Positions 28,701-43,416 of a DNA stretch of 64,000 nucleotides are shown here, piece after piece. Source of the DNA: the human T2T-CHM13v2.0 reference genome, Homo sapiens; NCBI RefSeq assembly GCF_009914755.1, contig NC_060925.1; one strand, written 5' to 3'. Numbering within the stretch: position 1 is the stretch's first letter; each line of letters begins with the position of its first letter. Below the pieces are notes generated by a model, which saw nothing but the letters and a program-made list of their open reading frames with translations, had not been told where the DNA came from and searched no databases. A program made the position numbers and the translations under genes.

Positions 28701-31119
28701 TCGAATGGATTCATTGAATGGAATCAGATGGAATCATCGAATGGACTGGAATGGAATCATTGAATGGACTCGAAAGGGATCATGATTGAATGGAATTGAA
28801 TGGAATCATCGAATGGTCTGGATTGGAATCATTATCAAATGGAATCGAATGGAATCACCGAATAGAATCGAATGGAACAATCATCGAATGGACTCAAATG
28901 GAATTATCCTCAAATGGAATCGAATGGAATTATCGAATGCAATCGAATGGAATTATCGAATGCAATCGAATAGAATCATCGAATGGACTCGAATGGAATC
29001 ATCGAATGGAATAGAATGGAACAGTCAATGAACTCGAATGGAATCATCATTGAATGGAATCGAATGGAATCATCGAGTGGAATCGAATGGAATTATGATC
29101 AAATGGAATCGAATGTAAACATCATCAAATGGAATCAAAAATAACCATCATCAATTGGTATTGAATGGAATTGTCATCAAATGGAATTCAAAGGAATCAT
29201 CATCAAATGGAACCGAATGGAATCCTCATTGAATGGAAATGAAAGGGGTCATCATCTAATGGAATCGCATGGAATCATCATCAAATGGAATCGAATGGAA
29301 TCATCATCAAATGGAATCTAATGGAATCATTGAACAGAATTGAATGGAATGGTCATCGAATGAATTGAATGCAATCATCGAATGGTCTCGAATGGAATCA
29401 TCTTCTAATGGAAAGGAATGGAATCATCGCATAGAATCGAATGGAATTATCATCGAATGGAATCGAATGGTATCAACACCAAACGGAAAAAAACGGAATT
29501 ATCGAATGGAATCGAAGAGAATCTTCGAACGGACCCGAATGGAATCATCTAATGGAATGGAATGGAATAATCCATGGACTCGAATGCAATCATCATCGAA
29601 TGGAATCGAATGGAATCATCGAATGGACTCGAATGGAATAATCATTGAACGGAATCGAATGGAATCATCATCGGATGGAAACGAATGGAATCATCATCGA
29701 ATGGAAATGAAAGGAGTCATCATCTAATGGAATTGCATGGAATCATCATAAAATGGAATCGAATGGAATCAACATCAAATGGAATCAAATGGAATCATTG
29801 AACGGAATTGAATGGAATCGTCATCGAATGAATTGACTGCAATCATCCAATGGTCTCGAATGGAATCATCTTCAAATGGAATGGAATGGAATCATCGCAT
29901 AGAATCGAATGGAATTATCATCGAATGGAATCGAATGGAATCAACATCAAACGGAAAAAAACGGAATTATCGAATGGAATCGAAGAGAATCATCGAATGG
30001 ACCCGAATGGAATCATCTAATGGAATGGAATGGAATAATCCATGGACTCGAATGCAATCATCATCGAATGGAATCGAATGGAATCATCGAATGGACTCGA
30101 ATGGAATAATCATTGAACGGAATCGAATGGAATCATCATCGGATGGAAATGAATGGAATCATCATCGAATGGAATCGAATAGAATTATGGAATGAAATCC
30201 AGTGTGATCATCATCGAATGGACCCGAATGGAATCATCATCCAACGGAAGCTAATGGAATCAACATCGAATGAATCGAATGGAAACACCATCGAATTGAA
30301 ACGAATGGAATTATCATGAAATTGAAATGGATGGACTCATCATCGAATGGATTCGAATGGAATCATCGAATAAAATTGATTGAAATCATCATCGAATGGA
30401 ATCGAATGGTATCATTGAATGGAATCGAATGGAATCATCATCAGATGGAAATGAATGGAATCGTCATAGAATGGAATCGAATGGATTCATTGAATGGAAT
30501 CAGATGGAATCATCGAATGGACTGGAATGGAATCATTGAATGGACTCGAAAGGGATCATGATTGAATGGAATTGAATGGAATCATCGAATGGTCTCGATT
30601 GGAATCATTATCAAATGGAATCGAATGGAATCACCGAATAGAATCGAATGGAACAATCATCGAATGGACTCAAATGGAATTATCCTCAAATGGAATCGAA
30701 TGGAATTATCGAATGCAATCGAATGGAATTATCGAATGCAATCGAATAGAATCATCGAATGGACTCGAATGGAATCATCGAATGGAATGGAATGGAACAG
30801 TCAATGAACTCGAATGGAATCATCATTGAATGGAATCGAATGGAATCATCGAGTGGAATCGAATGGAATTATGATCAAATGGAATCGAATGTAATCATCA
30901 TCAAATGGAATCAAAAATAACCATCATCAATTGGTATTGAATGGAATTGTCATCAAATGGAATTCAAAGGAATCATCATCAAATGGAACCGAATGGAATC
31001 CTCATTGAATGGAAATGAAAGGGGTCATCATCTAATGGAATCGCATGGAATCATCATCAAATGGAATCGAATGGAATCATCATCAAATGGAATCTAATGG
31101 AATCATTGAACAGAATTGA

Positions 31120-33363
31120 ATGGAATCTTCATCGAATGCATTGAATGCAATCATCGAATGGTCTCGAATGGAATCATCTTCTAATGGAAAGGAATGGAAT
31201 CATCGCATAGAATCGAATGGAATTATCATCGAATGGAATCGAATGGTATGAACACCAAACGGAAAAAAACGGAATTATCGAATGGAATCGAAGAGAATCT
31301 TCGAACGGACCCGAATGGAATCATCTAATGGAATGGAATGGAATAATCCATGGACTCGAATGCAATCATCATCGAATGGAATGGAATGGAATCATCGAAT
31401 GGACTCGAATGGAATAATCATTGAACGGAATCGAATGGAATCATCATCGGATGGAAACGAATGGAATCATCATCGAATGGAAATGAAAGGAGTCATCATC
31501 TAATGGAATTGCATGGAATCATCATAAAATGGAATCGAATGGAATCAACATCAAATGGAATCAAATGGAATCATTGAACGGCATTGAATGGAAGCGTCAT
31601 CGAATGAATTGAATGCAATCATCGAATGGTCTCGAATGTAATCATCTTCTAATGGAAAGGAATGGAATCATCGCATAGAATCGAATGGAATTATCATCGA
31701 ATGGAATCGAATGGTATCAACACCAAACGGAAAAAAACGGAATTATCGAATGGAATCGAAGAGAATCTTCGAACGGACCCGAATGGAATCATCTAATGGA
31801 ATGGAATGGAATAATCCATGGACTCGAATGCAATCATCATCGAATGGAATCGAATGGAATCATCGAATGGGCTCGAATGGAATAATCATTGAACGGAATC
31901 GAATGGAATCATTATCAGATGGAAACGAATGGAATCATCATCGAATGGAAATGAAAGGAGTCATCATCTAATGGAATTGCATGGAATCATCATAAAATGG
32001 AATCGAATGGAATCAACATCAAATGGAATCAAATGGAATCATTGAACGGAATTGAATGGAATCGTCATCGAATAAATTGACTGCAATCATCGAATGGTCT
32101 CGAATGGAATCATCATCAAATGGAATGGAATGGAATCATCGCATAGAATCGAATGGAATCATCATCGAATGGAATCGAATGGAATCAACATCAAACGGAA
32201 AAAAACGGAATTATCGTATGGAATCGAAGAGAATCATCGAATGGACCCGAATGGAATCATCTAATGGAATGGAATGGAATAATCCATGGACTCGAATGCA
32301 ATCATCATCGAATGGAATCGAATGGAATCATCGAATGGACTCGAATGGAATAATCATTGAACGGAATCGAATGGAATCATCATCGGATGGAAATGAATGG
32401 AATCATCATCGAATGGAATCGAATAGAATTATGGAATGAAATCCAGTGTGATCATCATCGAATGGACCCGAATGGAATCATCATCCAACGGAAGCTAATG
32501 GAATCAACATTGAATGAATCGAATGGAAACACCATCGAATTGAAACGAATGGAATTATCATGAAATTGAAATGGATGGACTCATCATCGAATGGATTCGA
32601 ATGGAATCATCGAATAAAATTGATTGAAATCATCATCCAATGGAATCGAATGGTATCATTGAATGGAATCGAATGGAATCATCATCAGATGGAAATGAAT
32701 GGAATCGTCATAGAATGGAATCGAATGGATTCATTGAATGGAATCAGATGGAATCATCGAATGGACTGGAATGGAATCATTGAATGGACTCGAAAGGGAT
32801 CATGATTGAATGGAATTGAATGGAATCATCGAATGGTCTCGATTGGAATCATTATCAAATGGAATCGAATGGAATCACCGAATAGAATCGAATGGAACAA
32901 TCATCGAATGGACTCAAATGGAATTATCCTCAAATGGAATCGAATGGAATTATCGAATGCAATCGAATGGAATTATCGAATGCAATCGAATAGAATCATC
33001 GAATGGACTCGAATGGAATCATCGAATGGAATAGAATGGAACAGTCAATGAACTCGAATGGAATCATCATTGAATGGAATCGAATGGAATCATCGAGTGG
33101 AATCGAATGGAATTATGATCAAATGGAATCGAATGTAATCATCATGAAATGGAATCAAAAATAACCATCATCAATTGGTATTGAATGGAATTGTCATCAA
33201 ATGGAATTCAAAGGAATCATCATCAAATGGAACCGAATGGAATCCTCATTGAATGGAAATGAAAGGGGTCATCATCTAATGGAATCGCATGGAATCATCA
33301 TCAAATGGAATCAAATGGAATCATCATCAAATGGAATCTAATGGAATCATTGAACAGAATTGA
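31120..33363 (+). repeat. 2244-bp variant unit with three 468-bp modules (A-A-B)
   Basis: Module starts at 31120, 31588 and 32056; 1776+468=2244. Confidence 0.9.
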
Positions 33364-35139
33364 ATGGAATCGTCATCGAATGAATTGAATGCAATCATCG
33401 AATGGTCTCGAATGGAATCATCTTCTAATGGAAAGGAATGGAATCATCGCATAGAATCGAATGGAATTATCATCGAATGGAATCGAATGGTATCAACACC
33501 AAACGGAAAAAAACGGAATTATCGAATGGAATCGAAGAGAATCTTCGAACGGACCCGAATGGAATCATCTAATGGAATGGAATGGAATAATCCATGGACT
33601 CGAATGCAATCATCATCGAATGGAATGGAATGGAATCATCGAATGGACTCGAATGGAATAATCATTGAACGGAATCGAATGGAATCATTATCAGATGGAA
33701 ACGAATGGAATCATCATCGAATGGAAATGAAAGGAGTCATCATGTAATGGAATTGCATGGAATCGTCATAAAATGGAATCGAATGGAATCAACATCAAAT
33801 GGAATCAAATGGAATCATTGAACGGAATTGAATGGAATCGTCATCGAATGAATTGACTGCAATCATCGAATGGTCTCGAATGGAATCATCTTCAAATGGA
33901 ATGGAATGGAATCATCGCATAGAATCGAATGGAATTATCATCGAATGGAATCGAATGGAATCAACATCAAACGGAAAAAAACGGAATTATCGTATGGAAT
34001 CGAAGAGAATCATCGAATGGACCCGAATGGAATCATCTATTGGAATGGAATGGAATAATCCATGGACTCGAATGCAATCATCATCGAATGGAATCGAATG
34101 GAATCATCGAATGGACTCGAATGGAATAATCATTGAACGGAATCGAATGGAATCATCATCGGATGGAAATGAATGGAATCATCATCGAATGGAATCGAAT
34201 AGAATTATGGAATGAAATCCAGTGTGATCATCATCGAATGGACCCGAATGGAATCATCATCCAACGGAAGCTAATGGAATCAACATCGAATGAATCGAAT
34301 GGAAACACCATCGAATTGAAACGAATGGAATTATCATGAAATTGAAATGGATGGACTCATCATCGAATGGATTCGAATGGAATCATCGAATAAAATTGAT
34401 GGAAATCATCATCGAATGGAATCGAATGGTATCATTGAATGGAATCGAATGGAATCATCATCAGATGGAAATGAATGGAATCGTCATAGAATGGAATCGA
34501 ATGGATTCATTGAATGGAATCAGATGGAATCATCGAATGGACTGGAATGGAATCATTGAATGGACTCGAAAGGGATCATGATTGAATGGAATTGAATGGA
34601 ATCATCGAATGGTCTCGATTGGAATCATTATCAAATGGAATCGAATGGAATCACCGAATAGAATCGAATGGAACAATCATCGAATGGACTCAAATGGAAT
34701 TATCCTCCAATGGAATCGAATGGAATTATCGAATGCAATCGAATGGAATTATCGAATGCAATCGAATAGAATCATCGAATGGACTCGAATGGAATCATCG
34801 AATGGAATGGAATGGAACAGTCAATGAACTCGAATGGAATCATCATTGAATGGAATCGAATGGAATCATCGAGTGGAATCGAATGGAATTATGATCAAAT
34901 GGAATCGAATGTAATCATTATCAAATGCAATCAAAAATAACCATCATCAATTGGTATTGAATGGAATTGTCATCAAATGGAATTCAAAGGAATCATCATC
35001 AAATGGAACCGAATGGAATCCTCATTGAATGGAAATGAAAGGGGTCATCATCTAATGGAATCACATGGAATCATCATCAAATGGAATCGAATGGAATCAT
35101 CATCAAATGGAATCTAATGGAATCATTGAACAGAATTGA

Positions 35140-36218
35140 ATGGAATCGTCATCGAATGAATTGAATGCAATCATCGAATGGTCTCGAATGGAATCATCTT
35201 CTAATGGAAAGGAATGGAATCATCGCATAGAATCGAATGGAATTATCATCGAATGGAATCGAATGGTATCAACACCAAACGGAAAAAAACGGAATTATCG
35301 AATGGAATCGAAGAGAATCTTCGAACGGACCCGAATGGAATCATCTAATGGAATGGAATGGAATAATCCATGGAATCGAATGCAATCATCATCGAATGGA
35401 ATCGAATGGAATCATCGAATGGACTCGAATGGAATAATCATTGAACGGAATCGAATGGAATCATCATCGGATGGAAACGAATGGAATCATCATCGAATGG
35501 AAATGAAAGGAGTCATCATCTAATGGAATTGCATGGAATCATCATAAAATGGAATCGAATGGAATCAACATCAAATCGAATCAAACGGAATCATTGAACG
35601 GAATTGAATGGAATCGTCATCGAATGAATTGACTGCAATCATCGAATGGTCTCGAATGGAATCATCTTCAAATGGAATGGAATGGAATCATCGCACAGAA
35701 TCGAATGGAATTATCACCGAAAGCAATCGAATGGAATCAACATCAAACGGAAAAAAACGGAATTATCGAATGGAATCGAAGAGAATCATCGAATGGACCC
35801 GAATGGAATCATCTAATGGAATGCAATGGAATAATCCATGGACTCGAATGCAATCATCATCGAATGGAATCGAATGGAATCATCGAATGAACTCGAATGC
35901 AATCATCATTGAATGGAATCGAATGGAATCATCGAGTGGAATCGAATGGAATTATGATCAAATGGAATCGAATGTAATCATCATCAAATGGAATCAAAAA
36001 TAACCATCATCAATTGGTATTGAATGGAATTGTCATCGAATGGAATTGTCATCAAATTGAATTCAAAGGAATCATCATCAAATGGAACCGAATGGAATCC
36101 TCATTGAATGGAAATGAAAGGGGTCATCATCTAATGGAATCACATGGAATCATCATCAAATGGAATCGAATGGAATCTTCATCAAATGGAATCTAATGGA
36201 ATCATTGAACAGAATTGA
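35140..36218 (+). repeat. 1079-bp variant unit (713-bp deletion plus 16-bp tandem duplication)
   Basis: Deletion junction at about 35886. GAATGGAATTGTCATC occurs twice at 36022-36053; 1063+16=1079. Confidence 0.9.
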
Positions 36219-37503
36219 ATGGAATCGTCATCGAATGAATTGAATGCAATCGTCGAATGGTCTCGAATGGAATCATCTTCTAATGGAAAGGAATGGAATC
36301 ATCGCATAGAATCGAATGGAATTATCATCGAATGGAATCGAATGGTATCAACACCAAACGGAAAAAAACGGAATTATCGAAAGGAATCGAAGAGAATCTT
36401 CGAACGGACCCGAATGGAATCATCTAATGGAATGGAATGGAATAATCCATGGACTCGAATGCAATCATCATCGAATGGAATCGAATGGAATCATCGAATG
36501 GACTCGAATGGAATAATCATTGAACGGAATCGAATGGAATCATCATCGGATGGAAATGAATGGAATCATCATCGAATGGAATCGAATAGAATTATGGAAT
36601 GAAATTCAGTGTGATCATCATCGAATGGACCCGAATGGAATCATCATCCAACAGAAGCTAATGGAATCAACATCGAATGAATCGAATGGAAACACCATCG
36701 AATTCAAACGAATGGAATTACCATGAAATTGAAATGGATGGACTCGTCATCGAATGGATTCGGATGGAATCATCGAATAAAATTGATTGAAATCATCATC
36801 GAATGAAATCGAATGGTATCATTGAATGGAATCGAATGGAATCATCATCAGATGGAAATGAATGGAATCGTCATAGAATGGAATCGAATGGATTCATTGA
36901 ATGGAATCAGATGGAATCATCGAATGGACTGGAATGGAATCATTGAATGGACTCGAAAGGGATCATGATTGAATGGAATTGAATGGAATCATCGAATGGT
37001 CTCGATTGGAATCATTATCAAATGGAATCGAATGGAATCACCGAATAGAATCGAATGGAACAATCATCGAATGGACTCAAATGGAATTATCCTTAAATGG
37101 AATCGAATGGTATTATCGAATGCAATCGAATAGAATCATCGAATGGACTCGAATGGAATCATCGAATGGAATGGAATGGAACAGTCAATGAACTCGAATG
37201 GAATCATCATTGAATGGAATCGAATGGAATCATCGAGTGGAATCGAATGGAATTATGATCAAATGGAATCGAATGTAATCCTCATCAAATGGAATCAAAA
37301 ATAACCATCATCAATTGGTATTGAATGGAATTGTCATCAAATGGAATTCAAAGGAATCATCATCAAATGGAACCGAATGGAATCCTCATTGAATGGAAAT
37401 GAAAGGGGTCATCATCTAATGGAATCGCATGGAATCATCATCAAATGGAATCGAATGGAATCATCATCAAATGGAATCTAATGGAATCATTGAACAGAAT
37501 TGA
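36219..37503 (+). repeat. 1285-bp variant unit (single module, and a single copy of the 23-bp doublet)
   Basis: 1308-23=1285. Only one GAATGG(A/T)ATTATCGAATGCAATC copy, at about 37105-37127. Confidence 0.88.
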
Positions 37504-39894
37504 ATGGAATCGTCATCGAATGAATTGAATGCAATCATCGAATGGTCTCGAATGGAATCATCTTCTAATGGAAAGGAATGGAATCATCGCATAGAATCGA
37601 ATGGAATTATCATCGAATGGAATCGAATGGTATCAACACCAAACGGAAAAAAACGGAATTATCGAATGGAATCGAAGAGAATCTTCGAACGGACCCGAAT
37701 GGAATCATCTAATGGAATGGAATGGAATAATCCATGGACTCGAATGCAATCATCATCGAATGGAATCGAATGGAATCATCGAATGGACTCGAATGGAATA
37801 ATCATTGAACGGAATCGAATGGAATCATCATCGGATGGAAACGAATGGAATCATCATCGAATGGAAATGAAAGGAGTCATCATCTAATGGAATTGCATAG
37901 AATCATCATCAAATGGAATCGAATGGAATCAACATCAAATGGAATCAAATGGAATCATTGAACGGAATTGAATGGAATCGTCATCGAATGAATTGACTGC
38001 AATCATCGAATGGTCTCGAATGTAATCACATTCTAATGGAAAGGAATGGAATCATCGCATAGAATCGAATGGAATCAACATTGAATGGACTCGAATGGAA
38101 TCAACATCAAACGGAATCAAGCGGAATTATCGAATGGAATCGAAGAGAATCATCGAATGGTCTCGAATGGAATCATCTTCTAATGGAAAGGAATGGAATC
38201 ATCGCATAGAATCGAATGGAATTAACATTGAATGGACTCGAATGGAATCAACATCAAATGGAATCAAGCGGAATTATCGAATGAAATCGAAGAGAATCAT
38301 CGAATGGACTCGAATGGAATCATCTAATGGAATGGAATGGAATAATCCACGGACTCGAATGCAATCATCATCGTATAGAATCGAATGGAATCATCGAATG
38401 GACTCGAATGGAATAATCATTGAACGGAAGCGAATGGAATCATCATCGGATGGAAACGAATGGAATCATAATCGAATGGAAATGAAAGGAGTCATCATCT
38501 AATGGAATTGCATGGAATCATCATAAAATGGAATCGAATGGAATCAACATCAAATGGAATCAAATGGAATCATTGAACGGAATTGAATGGAATCGTCATC
38601 GAATGAATTGACTGCAATCATCGAATGGTCTCGAATGGAATCATCTTCAAATGGAATGGAATGGAATCATCGCATAGAATCGAATGGAATTATCATCGAA
38701 TGGAATCGAATGGAATCAACATCAAACGGAAAAAAACGGAATTATCGAATGGAATCGAAGAGAATCATCGAATGGACCCGAATGGAATCATCTAATGGAA
38801 TGGAATGGAATAATCCATGGACTCGAATGCAATCATCATCGAATGGAATGGAATGGAATCATCGAATGGACTCGAATGGAATAATCATTGAACGGAATCG
38901 AATGGAATCATCATCGGATGGAAATGAATGGAATCATCATCGAATGGAATCGAATAGAATTATGGAATGAAATCCAGTGTGATCATCATCGAATGGACCC
39001 GAATGGAATCATCATCCAACGGAAGCTAATGGAATCAACATCGAATGAATCGAATGGAAACACCATCGAATTGAAACGAATGGAATTATCATGAAATTGA
39101 AATGGATGGACTCATCATCGAATGGATTCGAATGGAATCATCGAATAAAATTGATTGAAATCATCATCCAATGGAATCGAATGGTATCATTGAATGGAAT
39201 CGAATGGAATCATCATCAGATGGAAATGAATGGAATCGTCATAGAATGGAATCGAATGGATTTATTGAATGGAATCAGATGGAATCATCGAATGGACTGG
39301 AATGGAATCATTGAATGGACTCGAAAGGGATCATGATTGAATGGAATTGAATGGAATCATCGAATGGTCTCGATTGGAATCATTATCAAATGGAATCGAA
39401 TGGAATCACCGAATACAATCGAATGGAACAATCATCGAATGGACTCAAATGGAATTATCCTCAAATGGAATCGAATGGAATTATCGAATGCAATCGAATG
39501 GAATTATCGAATGCAATCGAATAGAATCATCGAATGGACTCGAATGGAATCATCGAATGGAATGGAATGGAACAGTCAATGAACTCGAATGGAATCATCA
39601 TTGAATGGAATCGAATGGAATCATCGAGTGGAATCGAATGGAATTATGATCAAATGGAATCGAATGTAATCATCATCAAATGGAATCAAAAATAACCATC
39701 ATCAATTGGTATTGAATGGAATTGTCATCAAATGGAATTCAAAGGAATCATCATCAAATGGAACCGAATGGAATCCTCATTGAATGGAAATGAAAGGGGT
39801 CATCATCTAATGGAATCGCATGGAATCATCATCAAATGGAATCGAATGGAATCATCATCAAATGGAATCTAATGGAATCATTGAACAGAATTGA
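37504..39894 (+). repeat. 2391-bp variant unit: A, then the divergent 615-bp module, then B
   Basis: Module starts at 37504, 37972 and 38587; 1776+468+147=2391. Confidence 0.88.
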
Positions 39895-41640
39895 ATGGAA
39901 TGGTCATCGAATGAATTGAATGCAATCATCGAATGGTCTCGAATGGAATCATCTTCTAATGGAAAGGAATGGAATCATCGCATAGAATCGAATGGAATTA
40001 TCATCGAATGGAATCGAATGGTATCAACACCAAACGGAAAAAAACGGAATTATCGAATGGAATCGAAGAGAATCTTCGAACGGACCCGAATGGAATCATC
40101 TAATGGAATGGAATGGAATAATCCATGGACTCGAATGCAATCATCATCGAATGGAATCGAATGGAATCATCGAATGGACTCGAATGGAATAATCATTGAA
40201 CGGAATCGAATGGAATCATCATCGGATGGAAATGAAAGGAGTCATCATCTAATGGAATTGCATGGAATCATCATAAAATGGAATCGAATGGAATCAACAT
40301 CAAATGGAATCAAATGGAATCATTGAACGGAATTGAATGGAATCGTCATCGAATGAATTGACTGCAATCATCGAATGGTCTCGGAATCATCTTCAAATGG
40401 AATGGAATGAAATCATCGCATAGAATCGAATGGAATTATCATCGAATGGAATCGAATGGAATCAACATCAAACGGAAAAAAACGGAATTATCGAATGGAA
40501 TCGAAGAGAATCATCGAATGGACCCGAATGGAATCATCTAATGGAATGGAATGGAATAATCCATGGACTCGAATGCAATCATCATCGAATGGAATCGAAT
40601 GGAATCATCGAATGGACTCGAATGGAATAATCATTGAACGGAATCGAATGGAATCATCATCGGATGGAAATGAATGGAATCATCATCGAATGGAATCGAA
40701 TAGAATTATGGAATGAAATCCAGTGTGATCATCATCGAATGGACCCGAATGGAATCATCATCCAACGGAAGCTAAGGGAATCAACATCGAATGAATCGAA
40801 TGGAAACACCATCGAATTGAAACGAATGGAATTATCATGAAATTGAAATGGATGGACTCATCATCGAATGGATTCGAATGGAATCATCGAATAAAATTGA
40901 TTGAAATCATCATCGAATGGAATCGAATGGTATCATTGAATGGAATCGAATGGAATCATCATCAGATGGAAATGAATGGAATCGTCATAGAATGGAATCG
41001 AATGGATTCATTGAATGGAATCAGATGGAATCATCGAATGGACTGGAATGGAATCATTGAATGGACTCGAAAGGGATCATGATTGAATGGAATTGAATGG
41101 AATCATCGAATGGTCTCGATTGGAATCATTATCAAATGGAATCGAATGGAATCACCGAATAGAATCGAATGGAACAATCATCGAATGGACTCAAATGGAA
41201 TTATCCTCAAATGGAATCGAATGGAATTATCGAATGCAATCGAATGGAATTATCGAATGCAATCGAATAGAATCATCGAATGGACTCGAATGGAATCATC
41301 GAATGGAATGGAATGGAACAGTCAATGAACACGAATGGAATCATCATTGAATGGAATCGAATGGAATCATCGAGTGGAATCGAATGGAATTATGATCAAA
41401 TGGAATCGAATGTAATCATCATCAAATGGAATCAAAAATAACCATCATCAATTGGTATTGAATGGAATTGTCATCAAATGGAATTCAAAGGAATCATCAT
41501 CAAATGGAACCGAATGGAATCCTCATTGAATGGAAATGAAAGGGGTCATCATCTAATGGAATCGCATGGAATCATCATCAAATGGAATCGAATGGAATCA
41601 TCATCAAATGGAATCTAATGGAATCATTGAACAGAATTGA
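39895..41640 (+). repeat. 1746-bp variant unit (26-bp and 4-bp deletions)
   Basis: GGATGGAAATGAAAGG at about 40224-40239 lacks one 26-bp subunit. GGTCTCGGAATC at about 40377 lacks 4 bp. Confidence 0.88.
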
Positions 41641-43416
41641 ATGGAATCGTCATCGAATGAATTGAATGCAATCATCGAATGGTCTCGAATGGAATCATCT
41701 TCTAATGGAAAGGAATGGAATCATCGCATAGAATCGAATGGAATTATCATCGAATGGAATCGAATGGTATCAACACCAAACGGAAAAAAACGGAATTATC
41801 GAATGGAATCGAAGAGAATCTTCGAACGGACCCGAATGGAATCATCTAATGGAATGGAATGGAATAATCCATGGACTCGAATGCAATCATCATCGAATGG
41901 AATCGAATGGAATCATCGAATGGACTCGAATGGAATAATCATTGAACGGAATCGAATGGAATCATCATCGGATGGAAACGAATGGAATCATCATCGAATG
42001 GAAATGAAAGGAGTCATCATCTAATGCAATTGCATGGAATCATCATCAAATGGAATCGAATGGAATCAACATCAAATGGAATCTAATGGAATCATTGAAC
42101 GGAATTGAATGGAATCGTCATCGAATGAATTGACTGCAATCATCGAATGGTCTCGAATGGAATCATCTTCAAATGGAATGGAATGGAATCATCGCATAGA
42201 ATCGAATGGAATTATCATCGAATGGAATCGAATGGAATCAACATCAAACGGAAGAAAACGGAATTATCGAATGGAATCGAAGAGAATCATCGAATGGACC
42301 CGAATGGAATCATCTAATGGAATGGAATGGAATAATCCATGGACTCGAATGCAATCATCATCGAAGGGAATCGAATGGAATCATCGAATGGACTCGAATG
42401 GAATAATCATTGAACGGAATCGAATGGAATCATCATCGGATGGAAATGAATGGAATCATCATCGAATGGAATCGAATAGAATTATGGAATGAAATCCAGT
42501 GTGATCATCATCGAATGGACCCGAATGGAATCATCATCCAACGGAAGCTAATGGAATCAACATCGAATGAATCGAATGGAAACACCATCGAATTGAAACG
42601 AATGGAATTATCATGAAATTGAAATGGATGGACTCATCATCGAATGGATTCGAATGGAATCATCGAATAAAATTGATTGAAATCATCATCGAATGGAATC
42701 GAATGGTATCATTGAATGGAATCGAATGGAATCATCATCAGATGGAAATGAATGGAATCGTCATAGAATGGAATCGAATGGATTCATTGAATGGAATCAG
42801 ATGGAATCATCGAATGGACTGGAATGGAATCATTGAATGGACTCGAAAGGTATCATGATTGAATGGAATTGAATGGAATCATCGAATGGTCTCGATTGGA
42901 ATCATTATCAAATGGAATCGAATGGAATCACCGAATAGAATCGAATGGAACAATCATCGAATGGACTCAAATGGAATTATCCTCAAATGGAATCGAATGG
43001 AATTATCGAATGCAATCGAATGGAATTATCGAATGCAATCGAATAGAATCATCGAATGGACTCGAATGGAATCATCGAATGGAATGGAATGGAACAGTCA
43101 ATGAACTCGAATGGAATCATCATTGAATGGAATCGAATGGAATCATCGAGTGGAACCGAATGGAATTATGATCAAATGGAATCGAATGTAATCATCATCA
43201 AATGGAATCAAAAATAACCATCATCAATTGGTACTGAATGGAATTGTCATCAAATGGAATTCAAAGGAATCATCATCAAATGGAACCGAATGGAATCCTC
43301 ATTGAATGGAAATGAAAGGGGTCATCATCTAATGGAATCGCATGGAATCATCACCAAATGGAATCGAATGGAATCATCATCAAATGGAATCTAATGGAAT
43401 CATTGAACAGAATTGA

